The position numbers and the translations under genes are program-made. A stretch of DNA of 64,000 bases, from NCBI GenBank assembly GCA_963678315.1, contig OY782781.1:2720001-2784000 (forward strand), in the 5' to 3' direction. Of the stretch, positions 1 to 9,198 are shown piece after piece. Numbering within the stretch: the stretch's first letter is position 1; each line of letters begins with the position of its first letter. A model generated the notes under the pieces. The model ran no database searches and had not been told where the DNA came from. It saw only the letters and a list, made by a program, of their open reading frames with translations. The DNA comes from Candidatus Cloacimonadales bacterium (lineage in GTDB: Bacteria; Cloacimonadota; Cloacimonadia; Cloacimonadales; JAFGVF01).

Positions 1-115
1 TTACTCACCCGTTTGCCACTGTACTCACTCTCCGAAGAAAGCTTTCTCGTTCGACTTGCATGCCTAATCCACGCCGCCAGCGTTCGTCCTGAGCCAGAAT
101 CAAACTCTCCATTAT
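1..115 (-). rRNA. rrs: 16S rRNA gene, 5' end only (continues off the left edge)
   Basis: Reverse complement reads GGAGAGTTTGATTCTGGCTCAGGACGAACGCTGGCGGCGTGGATTAGGCATGCAAGTCGAACG...GGGTGAGTAA; 27F site at 89-108. The exact 5' end is approximate. Confidence 0.98.
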
Positions 116-189
116 TAATAAAAATCGTTTTTTTCTGTCTCTCGCAAGTTCACATTCATTCTCTCACTCTATAAAAACTTTTAATTTAA

Positions 190-201
190 CTTTCAAAGAT
201 C
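190..201 (-). promoter_or_regulatory. rrn leader boxA antitermination element
   Basis: Minus strand GATCTTTGAAAG between the promoter and the 16S 5' end. Confidence 0.7.
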
Positions 202-254
202 ATTACCTCTGCTCTGTCGCTTCGTTTCCTTAGCTCCCGTGCATCGGTTGTGTT

Positions 255-282
255 AAACTATAAGAACCTGCTTTCTTGTCAA
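255..282 (-). promoter_or_regulatory. rRNA operon sigma70-type promoter
   Basis: Minus strand TTGACA (282-277), 16-nt spacer, TAGTTT; about 140 nt upstream of the 16S start. Confidence 0.65.
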
Positions 283-508
283 TACTTATTTTAATCTTTT
301 TATGTTTTTGTTTTATCAATACAGACATTCCTCTTTATCATACTTCTGTTAAATAGGCAGTTAAAGTCTTTAATATTTTTATGTATTATTTTGATTATTA
401 ATAAAAATTGCTTTAAAATCGAGATTATATTAATAAATTCAACCTGTAAGTTTCAGAAAAACTTCTATTGTGAGGATGAATATATTTGGTTAGAGTAAGT
501 ATGTATTT

Positions 509-647
509 TAGCCCACGATTGAAATTTTGGCCTCTAAAGAAAGATGTCCTTTCAGGACAATACAAGATCTTTGTGTAAGCATGAAGTTCCTTCAACCTAT
601 CGGTGGATGCTTACACTCCCTTTTCTGAGACGTTCTTCCGAACGTCT
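509..647. repeat. Cluster of REP-like hairpins (left part of a mosaic split by the IS)
   Basis: GCCCACGATTGAAA (511); GTCCTTTCAGGAC (546-558); perfect 10-bp inverted repeat GTGTAAGCAT (573-582 / 607-616); AGACGTTC-TTCC-GAACGTCT (628-647). Confidence 0.6.
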
Positions 648-733
648 CAGACTGCTGACAAAGTCATGTAATCAATGTGTGATTTTCGTATGTTTTTTCT
701 GTACTAAACAACCCAGAAAAAGCACAAATAGAC

Positions 734-761
734 TTGACAATATTACTCCTTATTATATGAT
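734..761 (+). promoter_or_regulatory. Putative transposase promoter
   Basis: TTGACA-16 nt-TATGAT, followed by SD GAGGTG before ATG 786. Confidence 0.55.
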
Positions 762-785
762 AGGCATATAATTAGAGGTGATAAA

Positions 786-2246
786 ATGATTAAAGAAGAA
801 TATAGAAAACAATACGAATTCGAGCTTGTAAATTTAGAAGAACAGGTTCCAGACGATCATATCCTTAGGTTTTTTGATGAATATATAGATTTCTCTTTCG
901 TTTATGATATAATGAAAGACACATACAATGAGACTTTTGGTAGACCTGCTATTAATCCAATAACTCTTTTTAAAATAATATTAATAGGTTATCTCTTTGG
1001 TATTAAATCAGAACGTCAAATATTTAAAGAAATACAAGTTAATCTTGCATATAGATGGTTTTTAGGGTTCGGATTTAATGATAAAATTCCTCACCATTCA
1101 ATTATAAGTAAAACTCGTAAAAGACGATTTGCTAATAATGATTTATTTCAAGAGATTTTTGATAATATTGTTAAGTTAGGCATTGAAAATGGTTTAGTTA
1201 ATGGGAAAATTTTATATACAGACTCAACCCATATAAAAGCTAATGCGAATAAGAATAAGTTCATAAAAATTGTAGTAAAAAGAACTACAAAAGAATATAT
1301 TAAAGATTTGGATGAAGCAGTCGCAGAAGACAGAAAAAAACACAATATAAAACCACTTCCTCCTAAGGAACCACAGGAAGAAACCAAGACAATTAAATCC
1401 AGCACAACAGATCCAGACAGTGGTTTTATGGCACGAGACCGCAAACCACAAGGCTTCTTTTATTTAGACCATAGGACAACGGATCCTAAATGTAATTTTA
1501 TAACAGATGTATTTATAACACCTGGGAATATAAATGATGCAGTGGTATATAAATCTCGTCTTCTTCGGCAGATTGAAAGGTTTAATTTTAATGTTATAGC
1601 TGTAGGCTTAGATGCTGGGTATAATACTGTAGATAATTGTCGTTTTTTATGTGAAAAAGGAATAATGGGGGTAATAGGGTACAAAAGAGGTAGCCATAAA
1701 AAAGGATTTTTCAGCAAGAATAAATTCAAATTTGACTCAGTCAACGACCAATATATTTGTCCAAATAACAAATTATTACATTACAAAACAACAAGAAGAG
1801 AGGGCTACAAAGAATACGTATCAAATGCTGAAGACTGTAAAAACTGTCCTCATTTATCTAAATGTACTTCAAATAAAACAAGGAGGAAAGTACTAAATCG
1901 GCATGTCTGGGAAAAATATAAAGACAAGATAAATATGAATCGTTTAACATTCTGTGGTAAAGAGATTTATAAGCGACGAAAAGAGACTATTGAGAGGAGT
2001 TTTGCTAATGCAAAACAAAATCATGGATATCGATATGCACGATATAGAGGACTTGAAAAAGTTAAAGAACAAGCTCTAATGACAGCTTGTACTCAAAATT
2101 TAGTAAAATTAGTTAAATACTTTAAGAGAATCAATAAAAAGCTAAAAAAGGGTTCTATTTTAACAAAAATACTCAAATTTTTTGATTATTTTGGGTATAT
2201 TGTCTCCCATAGTGAACTTATGCAACAATATCATCACCAATACTAA
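786..2246 (+). CDS. IS1182-family DDE transposase
   Basis: N-terminal GRP..P..LFK..L.GYL.GI.SER / YRWFLG domain; DDE motifs DSTHIKANA, LDAGY, IERSFANAK; Cys-rich insertion. Confidence 0.95.
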   Translation: MIKEEYRKQYEFELVNLEEQVPDDHILRFFDEYIDFSFVYDIMKDTYNETFGRPAINPITLFKIILIGYLFGIKSERQIFKEIQVNLAYRWFLGFGFNDKIPHHSIISKTRKRRFANNDLFQEIFDNIVKLGIENGLVNGKILYTDSTHIKANANKNKFIKIVVKRTTKEYIKDLDEAVAEDRKKHNIKPLPPKEPQEETKTIKSSTTDPDSGFMARDRKPQGFFYLDHRTTDPKCNFITDVFITPGNINDAVVYKSRLLRQIERFNFNVIAVGLDAGYNTVDNCRFLCEKGIMGVIGYKRGSHKKGFFSKNKFKFDSVNDQYICPNNKLLHYKTTRREGYKEYVSNAEDCKNCPHLSKCTSNKTRRKVLNRHVWEKYKDKINMNRLTFCGKEIYKRRKETIERSFANAKQNHGYRYARYRGLEKVKEQALMTACTQNLVKLVKYFKRINKKLKKGSILTKILKFFDYFGYIVSHSELMQQYHHQY

Positions 2247-2318
2247 AAAATCTATCAACTATCAGATGAAAACTAAAATTGGCTGTAAACACCTTTTTTC
2301 TACTTTGTCAGCAGTCTG

Positions 2319-2560
2319 AGACGTTCTTCCGAACGTCTCTACAAATTCATCACTCTCTCCTAACTCCTCACTGCTAACTTCTCTTTGCCAGCTATCCGGC
2401 AGCAGCCGGACTAAAGGCAAAGCGTTCCCAGATATTTTCATTATTCAATTTTCCCTGTTAATTTTTCATTATACCGTCCCTTTGGGACTCAATTCATTTA
2501 TGTCATTGTACATGGGGTACAAGACCCCATGCTAATACATGTCGTCCCTTCGGGACTAAA
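2319..2560. repeat. Intergenic mosaic of REP-like modules
   Basis: GTAG-type half (..CGTCTCTAC); CTCCTMA heptamers (2357-2382); 51-bp unit at 2381-2431 identical to 23309-23359; CGTC-type three-hairpin unit at 2471-2560 similar to the reverse complement of 35127-35210. Confidence 0.85.
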
Positions 2561-2604
2561 TAGTAAATAAGAGGACGCTAGTTAATACATTCATTAAGTA
2601 AAAA

Positions 2605-3642
2605 TTATCTTTGATTATCGAGATACTTTGCTACACAGTGTGCCATCTCTAATTCAAAATTAGGTTTAACTTCTTTGAATAACCACTTATCATCTATTTT
2701 TTGATAGTATCCCTTGTTCTTGACTATTACATTAATACCAAAATGTTGAGCTTGAAATTCTATCAAATGGTAATCTTTACCATCAAAAGCAATATCAATA
2801 GATAATGATGGGGTCTTAAACTTGTTGAAAATAGCTATTGCAAAATCAAGTAATTCAGAAGGTGCTTGGAAATCACAATCAAATTTCTTTGCTCCTGATG
2901 CTCGAAAATCATTATCTCTATTCCATCTTCTGGTTACCCATAAATGATTATAAAGTACTAAAACCCTGAAATCATACTGTAGATTAGGAACAAATGGCTG
3001 TAGAATAAAGTTTCTTTCGGGAGTAATATGCTTTTTATAAGCGATACAATCACACTTATCGTCATGATTGGGATATTCTTTATATTTCTTTTTCCTTAGA
3101 TGCATTCTTCGTAATAAGTCTGCATGCTCCCATACAGAGAGCTTTTCCCAATTCTTAAGCACTTTAATCAGTTCTTCCTGTGATTTAATTAAAAAAACCC
3201 CAGTACCATTTGAACCATCAAGAGTTTTTAACACTGTTGGATACTTTATGTCATACCCTTCTAAATCTTCTCGAGAGGAGAAATAGTAGCTATTTAAGGA
3301 TTTTATACCTCTTTTCTTTTTACAAATTTCCTGATAACCTTTATTTTCATGACATATTAGAAGGTCAATTTCAGGAATCAAATTATAGCCTTCATCATAT
3401 AGAAATTTAATTACATCAAAAAAGTACTGTCTGATATTTGTTTTCTGACTGAAGGTGTATAAAATAGGAATGTTGCTTAAATTCACATTTTTATTGATAA
3501 TTTCATGGTAAATATGTTGTTCTATGACGTAACCATAATCATATAGGTATGATTTAATTTTATCAATATCCGCAGTTACCCACGGTTTTCTAGTTTGGCC
3601 AAAAAAAGACGTATCTCGGGTTATTATTGCTAGTTTTTTCAT
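2605..3642 (-). CDS. ATP-grasp (RimK-like) domain protein
   Basis: YPTVLKTLDGSNGTGVFLI, ILQPFVP..YDFRVLV, DFRASG, SIDIAFDG..HLIEFQ motifs; ATG 3642 preceded by GGAG. Confidence 0.75.
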   Translation of the reverse strand: MKKLAIITRDTSFFGQTRKPWVTADIDKIKSYLYDYGYVIEQHIYHEIINKNVNLSNIPILYTFSQKTNIRQYFFDVIKFLYDEGYNLIPEIDLLICHENKGYQEICKKKRGIKSLNSYYFSSREDLEGYDIKYPTVLKTLDGSNGTGVFLIKSQEELIKVLKNWEKLSVWEHADLLRRMHLRKKKYKEYPNHDDKCDCIAYKKHITPERNFILQPFVPNLQYDFRVLVLYNHLWVTRRWNRDNDFRASGAKKFDCDFQAPSELLDFAIAIFNKFKTPSLSIDIAFDGKDYHLIEFQAQHFGINVIVKNKGYYQKIDDKWLFKEVKPNFELEMAHCVAKYLDNQR

Positions 3643-3769
3643 TAAGTTCTCCAAAGTTGCTTTTTTTTAAAATAATCTAGAAGAATGTCAATAAAAAAAA
3701 TTTGATTGTTTAAATGAAGTGTTTTATAGCGTTCTATGCTTTAACAATCTACTTCAACTTGAAGCAAAG

Positions 3770-4486
3770 CTATTGAATATTAAAATTATCTAAATAGTGT
3801 TTTATATGCTGTAAATCGTGCCAAGTTGGTAGTTTATAGGATGAGTTGTGTAACAAGGCAGAAGGGTGATAAGTTACAAAAGTTCTTATTCCTTGATAAG
3901 ACCACTCTTTACCTCGATAGAAGGAAAGTGTATTTCCATTTGGATCATTAATAAGAGTAGTGGCTGCAACTTTACCGAAAAGTAATATTACTTTAGGCTT
4001 TATAATTGATATTTGTTCTTTTAAATAAGGCAAACAAGCTTGTTTTTCTATTGGAAAGGGGTCTCTGTTTTGTGGAGGTCGGCACTTAACAATATTCGTA
4101 ATATACACATCTGTTCTATCAATTTCTATTGCTTTGAGCATTTTAGTTAATAATTCTCCAGCTGGCCCGACAAATACATGACCTTGCTGATCTTCTTTTG
4201 CCCCAGGTCCTTCTCCAATAATCATTATCTCTGCATTTTGATTTCCATCACCATAGACAAAACTATGTTTAGTTTGATGAAGAGGACATTTTTTACAAGA
4301 ACTATATTTTAATCTTAGAACTTCAAGATTAGCTGGGGAATTATTATTATTAGCTACAATTGTATTGTCAATAGGTAATTGTTCAGAGTATATATTATCA
4401 ACGGCTTTATCATTAATTTTATAATTCTTCTTGAATATAAAATCAAGTCCTGATATTTTTAAATGCTCTAGTCGGTAACTTTTCAT
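3770..4486 (-). CDS. Uracil-DNA glycosylase, family 4 (Fe-S type)
   Basis: CKKCPL, IGEGPGAKED..G..FVG.AG, TNIVKCRPP.NR.P, TYHPSALL motifs. Confidence 0.92.
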   Translation of the reverse strand: MKSYRLEHLKISGLDFIFKKNYKINDKAVDNIYSEQLPIDNTIVANNNNSPANLEVLRLKYSSCKKCPLHQTKHSFVYGDGNQNAEIMIIGEGPGAKEDQQGHVFVGPAGELLTKMLKAIEIDRTDVYITNIVKCRPPQNRDPFPIEKQACLPYLKEQISIIKPKVILLFGKVAATTLINDPNGNTLSFYRGKEWSYQGIRTFVTYHPSALLHNSSYKLPTWHDLQHIKHYLDNFNIQ

Positions 4487-4490
4487 AAAG

Positions 4491-4524
4491 AAAAAGCTAT
4501 TCTGAAAGATAAAACAGAATAGCT
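4491..4524 (-). terminator. Intrinsic terminator-like hairpin
   Basis: AGCTATTCTG/CAGAATAGCT stem with a U-tract on the minus strand. Confidence 0.6.
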
Positions 4525-4533
4525 GTAAAATTT

Positions 4534-4818
4534 TTATTCATCATCATCATCATCATCGAATGATGACATTAAGTCTCTATTTGTAAGTTCTTCGTTTTTT
4601 CTTTCTTCCACTAAATCATCATTCTGTTCAAACATATAGTCTGGAATATTATTTGTAGCAATATGGTCTAGGGCTTCTTCAGTAATAGTTTTACCCATAT
4701 TCTTTTTAATATGCTCATAAACATTACTAAGTCTTGCCACTTCTTTATTAGCTAGAAGACAAAACATAAATGTAAGATTATTTTCTTCTAAGAACTTCTC
4801 TACTTTAGGATTAATCAT
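4534..4818 (-). CDS. rpoZ: Probable divergent RNA polymerase omega subunit
   Basis: Immediately downstream of gmk; 94 aa; LLANKEVARL...KTITEEALDHIATNNI resembles the omega pattern; acidic tail. Confidence 0.5.
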   Translation of the reverse strand: MINPKVEKFLEENNLTFMFCLLANKEVARLSNVYEHIKKNMGKTITEEALDHIATNNIPDYMFEQNDDLVEERKNEELTNRDLMSSFDDDDDDE

Positions 4819-4874
4819 ACCTATTCCTTTTGTTCATAATATTTTTTACAAGTTAAAATTAAACAAGAATATTG

Positions 4875-5501
4875 TCAAACTTTTTCATAGAATGAATTAT
4901 AGACACCATTATATCTTGATATTTTATGCATTTCTGCCCAAATAATGTTTTTCACAGCAAAAACAGCTTTTTCTAGGTCATCATTAATAACAAGGTAATC
5001 ATATTTATCAATCAAACTAATCTCATGTTCAGCAGTTTTAAGCCTCTTCACAATAACATCTTCTGAGTCTGTGCCTCGGGTTCTTAATCTATGTTCAAGC
5101 TCTTTTACACTAGGCGGGATAATGAATATTTTAATCATTGGACAATCTGTTTGAGTTAGCTTTAAGCATCCCTGAACATCAATATCCATGATAACGTATT
5201 GTCCCTTATCAAAACAGTCAAAAATAAATTCTTTAGATGTGCCATAATAGTTACCAAAAACATTTGCATATTCTAAGAAATTATCTTCTTCTATCTTCTT
5301 TTCAAATTCGTCGACAGATAAGAAAAGATAGTCAACACCATTCTTTTCATCTCCTCTAGGATCACGTGTAGTAGCAGAAATTGAATATTGCATATTGTCA
5401 AATTCATCTAGAACTCTATCAAGTATAGTAGATTTTCCACCACCAGAAGGTGCAGATATTACTATTAAAAACGGATTTTCTGAAATATTTGATACACTCA
5501 T
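4875..5501 (-). CDS. gmk: Guanylate kinase
   Basis: SAPSGGGKST P-loop, SATTR.PR..E..GVDY.F, NYYGT, DIDVQG. Confidence 0.97.
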   Translation of the reverse strand: MSVSNISENPFLIVISAPSGGGKSTILDRVLDEFDNMQYSISATTRDPRGDEKNGVDYLFLSVDEFEKKIEEDNFLEYANVFGNYYGTSKEFIFDCFDKGQYVIMDIDVQGCLKLTQTDCPMIKIFIIPPSVKELEHRLRTRGTDSEDVIVKRLKTAEHEISLIDKYDYLVINDDLEKAVFAVKNIIWAEMHKISRYNGVYNSFYEKV

Positions 5502-5508
5502 AATATAT

Positions 5509-5534
5509 AAAAAAAGCCTCGATTTCTCGAGGCT
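5509..5534 (-). terminator. Intrinsic terminator after gcvH
   Basis: AGCCTCGA/TCGAGGCT stem followed by T7 on the minus strand. Confidence 0.75.
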
Positions 5535-5549
5535 AGCTCAAATTATATT

Positions 5550-5930
5550 TTAACTTTCAATTAATTTTGCATATTCTTCAGCTGAAAGAAGATTCTTAAC
5601 AGATTCTTCGTCATCAAGAATAACTTTATAAATCCAACCATCTTCATAAGGTGATTTATTGATTAAATCAGCTTGATCTTCTAATTCTTCGTTAACTTCA
5701 ACAACTTCGCCAGTCACAGGTGAATTAATATCTTCAACTGCTTTAACTGCTTCGATTGAACCTATAGATTCACCAGCTTCAACATTGTCTCCAACTTGTG
5801 GAAGTTCAACATAAACAATATCACCTAATTCATGTGCAGCAAATTCTGTGATACCGATAAAAGCTTCTTTACCGTCTACTTTAACCCACTCGTGTGTTTC
5901 TGTATAATATAAGTCTTTTGAAAATTCCAT
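5550..5930 (-). CDS. gcvH: Glycine cleavage system H protein
   Basis: HEWV, GIT.FA..LGDIVYVELP, lipoyl motif EAVKAV, N.SPY..GWI. Confidence 0.97.
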   Translation of the reverse strand: MEFSKDLYYTETHEWVKVDGKEAFIGITEFAAHELGDIVYVELPQVGDNVEAGESIGSIEAVKAVEDINSPVTGEVVEVNEELEDQADLINKSPYEDGWIYKVILDDEESVKNLLSAEEYAKLIES

Positions 5931-6138
5931 AATGAATCTCCTAAATTTTTCTTTTGATGTAAAAATCTTTTGTTAGGAATTTATGTCAAGTATAAATTTA
6001 CGAGCTAACAATAATATTTATAATTCATTGATAAAGTATATCTTACCCCTTCTATAAAATTAGACTATACTTTTTTAATTGACATAGATATTGTTAGAAT
6101 TTTAGTCGTAGTAATATTTTTAGAGGAAATTCAAAATT

Positions 6139-7032
6139 ATGAACGATAGAGCGATAAGAGGAATAACATCCAATAAACAAATTAGATTCTTTGCTGTGAA
6201 CTCAACAAATACTTGCAAAAAGGCTTCAGAATCACATTTTTTATCTGTAACAAGCACGATATTTTTAGGTAGAATGATTTCTGCTGCTATCATGATGGGA
6301 ATGGATTTAAAAGATTACAATTCATCATTAACAGTCAAAATAAAATCTGAAGGTCCTTTAGGTGGTGCTACAGTTGTGAGTAGGAATAATGGAGAGATTA
6401 AAGGATATGTTGATAATCCAGAGTTTGAGCAAAGCGCTGAAAGTTCATTGTATGGCTTAAAAATAGGTTCTGCAGTTGGTTCTGGTCTGCTAACAATAAT
6501 CAAAGATTTGAATCTTGAACAACCATTTTCTGGACAGATTGAGCTTCAAACAGGTGAAATAGGTGATGACCTTGCATATTACTATATGAAGTCTGAACAA
6601 ATCCCATCAGCTGTTGGTCTTGGAATCTTAGTTAACCCCGATGCAAGTATAAGAACTTCAGGAGGGTTCATCGTTCAGCTTCTACCATTTGCTTCAGAAG
6701 AAACGATTACTCAGCTTGAAGAGAACATAAACAAGATGCCAAATGTTTCTGATTTAATGGATATGGGTAAGACTATTGAGCAAATCTTAAGTGATTTTAT
6801 CTTGAAAGGTTTTGAATTCAAGATTACTGATGAACTTGAACCATCTTTCAAATGTGATTGTTCAAAGGATAAATTCAGAAATGGAGTTAAACTACTAGGT
6901 ATTGAAGACCTGCAGGATGCTATTGATAAAGAAGGTTATCTTCAAGCTCATTGCCACTTCTGTAATTCTAAATATACCTACAATAGAGAAGAATTAGAAG
7001 ACATGATTCAGGAATTAAATAAGGAAAAATAG
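6139..7032 (+). CDS. hslO: Hsp33 redox-regulated chaperone
   Basis: YY..SEQIPSAV.LG; C-terminal CDCS...CHFC zinc motif. Confidence 0.95.
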   Translation: MNDRAIRGITSNKQIRFFAVNSTNTCKKASESHFLSVTSTIFLGRMISAAIMMGMDLKDYNSSLTVKIKSEGPLGGATVVSRNNGEIKGYVDNPEFEQSAESSLYGLKIGSAVGSGLLTIIKDLNLEQPFSGQIELQTGEIGDDLAYYYMKSEQIPSAVGLGILVNPDASIRTSGGFIVQLLPFASEETITQLEENINKMPNVSDLMDMGKTIEQILSDFILKGFEFKITDELEPSFKCDCSKDKFRNGVKLLGIEDLQDAIDKEGYLQAHCHFCNSKYTYNREELEDMIQELNKEK

Positions 7033-7056
7033 AAAAAAAGGAAAAGGTGGTTTTAT

Positions 7057-8253
7057 ATGAAAAAGACTGTGGTTGTTGCTGCTAAACGTAGCGCTGTAGG
7101 ATCTTTTGGTGGACAATTTAAAGATGTATCTGCTGTTGAATTAGGAGTTCAAGTACTTAAGAATGTTTTGGAAGAAACAGGTGTTAAACCTGAGATGGTT
7201 GATGAAGTTATCTTAGGAAACGTAGTTGGTGCTGGTCTTGGTCAAAATGTAGCTCGTCAGATTTCTGTAAATGCAGGTATACCTGTGGAAGTTCCAGCTT
7301 ATACAGTGAACAAGGTATGTGGTTCAGGCATGAAAACTGTAACATTAGCGTCAGCAATGATTGCTTTAGGTGAAGCAGAAATAGTTGTAGCTGGTGGCTC
7401 TGAAAACATGAGCCAAATACCATATATAATGAAAGATGCACGTTGGGGTGCAAGAATGGGCGATAAATCAATAGTAGATATAATGGTTCATGATGGCCTA
7501 TTTGATATCTTTAATGGTTATCACATGGGTATCACAGCTGAAAACTTAGCTGATAAATATAACATTTCTAGAGAAGAACAAGATGCATTTGCTACCACTT
7601 CTCAAAATAGAGCAGAAGCTGCTATTAATTCAGGTCGCTTTAATGATGAAATTGTTCCTATCATGGTTCCTCAAAGAAGAAAAGACCCAATTGCAGTTAC
7701 TCAAGATGAGTTCCCTAGAGCTGGTGTTACTGTAGAAGGTTTAGCTAAATTGCGTCCTGCTTTTAAAAGAGATGGATCAGTTACTGCAGCAAACTCTTCT
7801 GGAATTAATGATGGTGCAGCAATTCTTCTATTAATGAGTGAAGATAAAGCTAAAGAACTTGGACTAGAACCATTAGCAACTTTAGTTAATTATGCTAGTG
7901 GTGGTGTTGATCCTTCTATCATGGGATTTGGACCAGTTCCAGCTATCAAAAAAGCACTTAATAAAGCAGACTGGAATATGGATGATATAGAATTGTTAGA
8001 ACTAAATGAAGCCTTTGCTGCTCAATCATTGTCAGTCTTTAAAGGCTTAGCTGAAGATGGAATTAATGTTAATCCTGAAATCACAAATGTTAATGGTAGC
8101 GCTATAGCTATCGGTCACCCTATCGGTTGTTCAGGTGCTAGAATAATCGTTACTCTTCTACATGAAATGAAGAAACGTGGAAATAAAAAAGGTTTAGCTT
8201 CTCTTTGTATCGGTGGTGGTATGGGTATCACTACTCTTTGGGAAATGAACTAA
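7057..8253 (+). CDS. Acetyl-CoA C-acetyltransferase (thiolase)
   Basis: [32 protein letters not shown] catalytic motifs. Confidence 0.96.
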   Translation: MKKTVVVAAKRSAVGSFGGQFKDVSAVELGVQVLKNVLEETGVKPEMVDEVILGNVVGAGLGQNVARQISVNAGIPVEVPAYTVNKVCGSGMKTVTLASAMIALGEAEIVVAGGSENMSQIPYIMKDARWGARMGDKSIVDIMVHDGLFDIFNGYHMGITAENLADKYNISREEQDAFATTSQNRAEAAINSGRFNDEIVPIMVPQRRKDPIAVTQDEFPRAGVTVEGLAKLRPAFKRDGSVTAANSSGINDGAAILLLMSEDKAKELGLEPLATLVNYASGGVDPSIMGFGPVPAIKKALNKADWNMDDIELLELNEAFAAQSLSVFKGLAEDGINVNPEITNVNGSAIAIGHPIGCSGARIIVTLLHEMKKRGNKKGLASLCIGGGMGITTLWEMN

Positions 8254-8275
8254 AATAATATATCGCTAACATTTA

Positions 8276-8300
8276 AAAGAGGACAAGATTTGTCCTCTTT
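8276..8300. terminator. Bidirectional intrinsic terminator
   Basis: AAAGAGGACA-AGATT-TGTCCTCTTT between convergent genes. Confidence 0.8.
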
Positions 8301-8342
8301 CTTATTTTTAGCTGCAATATTGTAAATTCAATTTCTTTCATT

Positions 8343-8834
8343 CTAATTAGATAATCTTAATTCGACCAAATCTAGTGTTGGTCTTGCCCAATTATATTGA
8401 TTACTCGAGCCCATTGCTCTTCCATAATATGCTCCACCAGTTGCCATTGAACTCCCATTATAATTCATGTAGTTATCATGAGCCATATCTGAAGTTCGTT
8501 TCAACTGATTTATCACATACGCTTTCTCGGTATAATCGCAACTATATGTATCAAAGTCAACTGAAACAATATAGCCACTACTGTTACCTAATAATCCCGC
8601 TTGAGCAGTATAATATTCTAGTTTTATTGCATAGGGTAGATTGTAATAACAGAAAGTATAAATTTGAGGATAACCTTTATAACTTATATCTGCTGTACGG
8701 TCTCTATTAGCCCCATCAGAAGCTACATATTGATATTGTGGATTTTGAGAAAACAAGGCAGGTCTTACAAATTTAGCATTAAGACTTGAGCATAATATTA
8801 AGGCCATTGAGATAATAACAAGTACTTTTTTCAT
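8343..8834 (-). CDS. Hypothetical secreted protein
   Basis: Signal peptide MKKVLVIISMALILCSSLNA; SD GGAG; upstream TTGACA-17 nt-TAAAAT. Confidence 0.7.
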   Translation of the reverse strand: MKKVLVIISMALILCSSLNAKFVRPALFSQNPQYQYVASDGANRDRTADISYKGYPQIYTFCYYNLPYAIKLEYYTAQAGLLGNSSGYIVSVDFDTYSCDYTEKAYVINQLKRTSDMAHDNYMNYNGSSMATGGAYYGRAMGSSNQYNWARPTLDLVELRLSN

Positions 8835-9051
8835 AAACACTCCCAAAACATATTATTTTATATAATTAATTTCATTTTAGGTATAACTTATTTTTATGTC
8901 AAACAATAATTACATGATTTCTATATTCTAATTTGAGTGATTTAATTTGTACTTCATTCATGTTTAATCTTTCTTATTTGTTTAATCCTGGTTTTACTTT
9001 GGCCTTGATAAAACTGGGCATCATTCTAGCTTAAGGATTAGATTTTATTAC

Positions 9052-9091
9052 TAGTCTCCTGCATTAAAAGTCGATTTAGTGTAGGAGGCTA
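9052..9091. repeat. Degenerate member of the AAAGCCGATTT-loop palindrome family
   Basis: TAGTCTCCTGCATTAAA-AGTCGA-TTTAGTGTAGGAGGCTA; similar ends and loop to the 46159 copy. Confidence 0.45.
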
Positions 9092-9141
9092 TTGACTTAA
9101 GACTAAAAACAAGCATACAAAATCATATATTTACGAATTAG

Positions 9142-9170
9142 AAAAGCCTGCAACAAAATGTTACAGGCTT
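9142..9170 (-). terminator. Intrinsic terminator
   Basis: AAGCCTGCAACA/TGTTACAGGCTT stem downstream of the 1011-aa gene. Confidence 0.7.
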
Positions 9171-9198
9171 AATTTTTATTCTATATGGTCATTTGATA

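Larger units (their letters stand above)
648..2318 (+). mobile_element. IS1182-family insertion sequence
   Basis: Perfect 17-bp terminal inverted repeats CAGACTGCTGACAAAGT (648-664 / 2302-2318); flanked by a 20-bp direct repeat AGACGTTCTTCCGAACGTCT (628-647 / 2319-2338); single transposase ORF. Confidence 0.93.
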
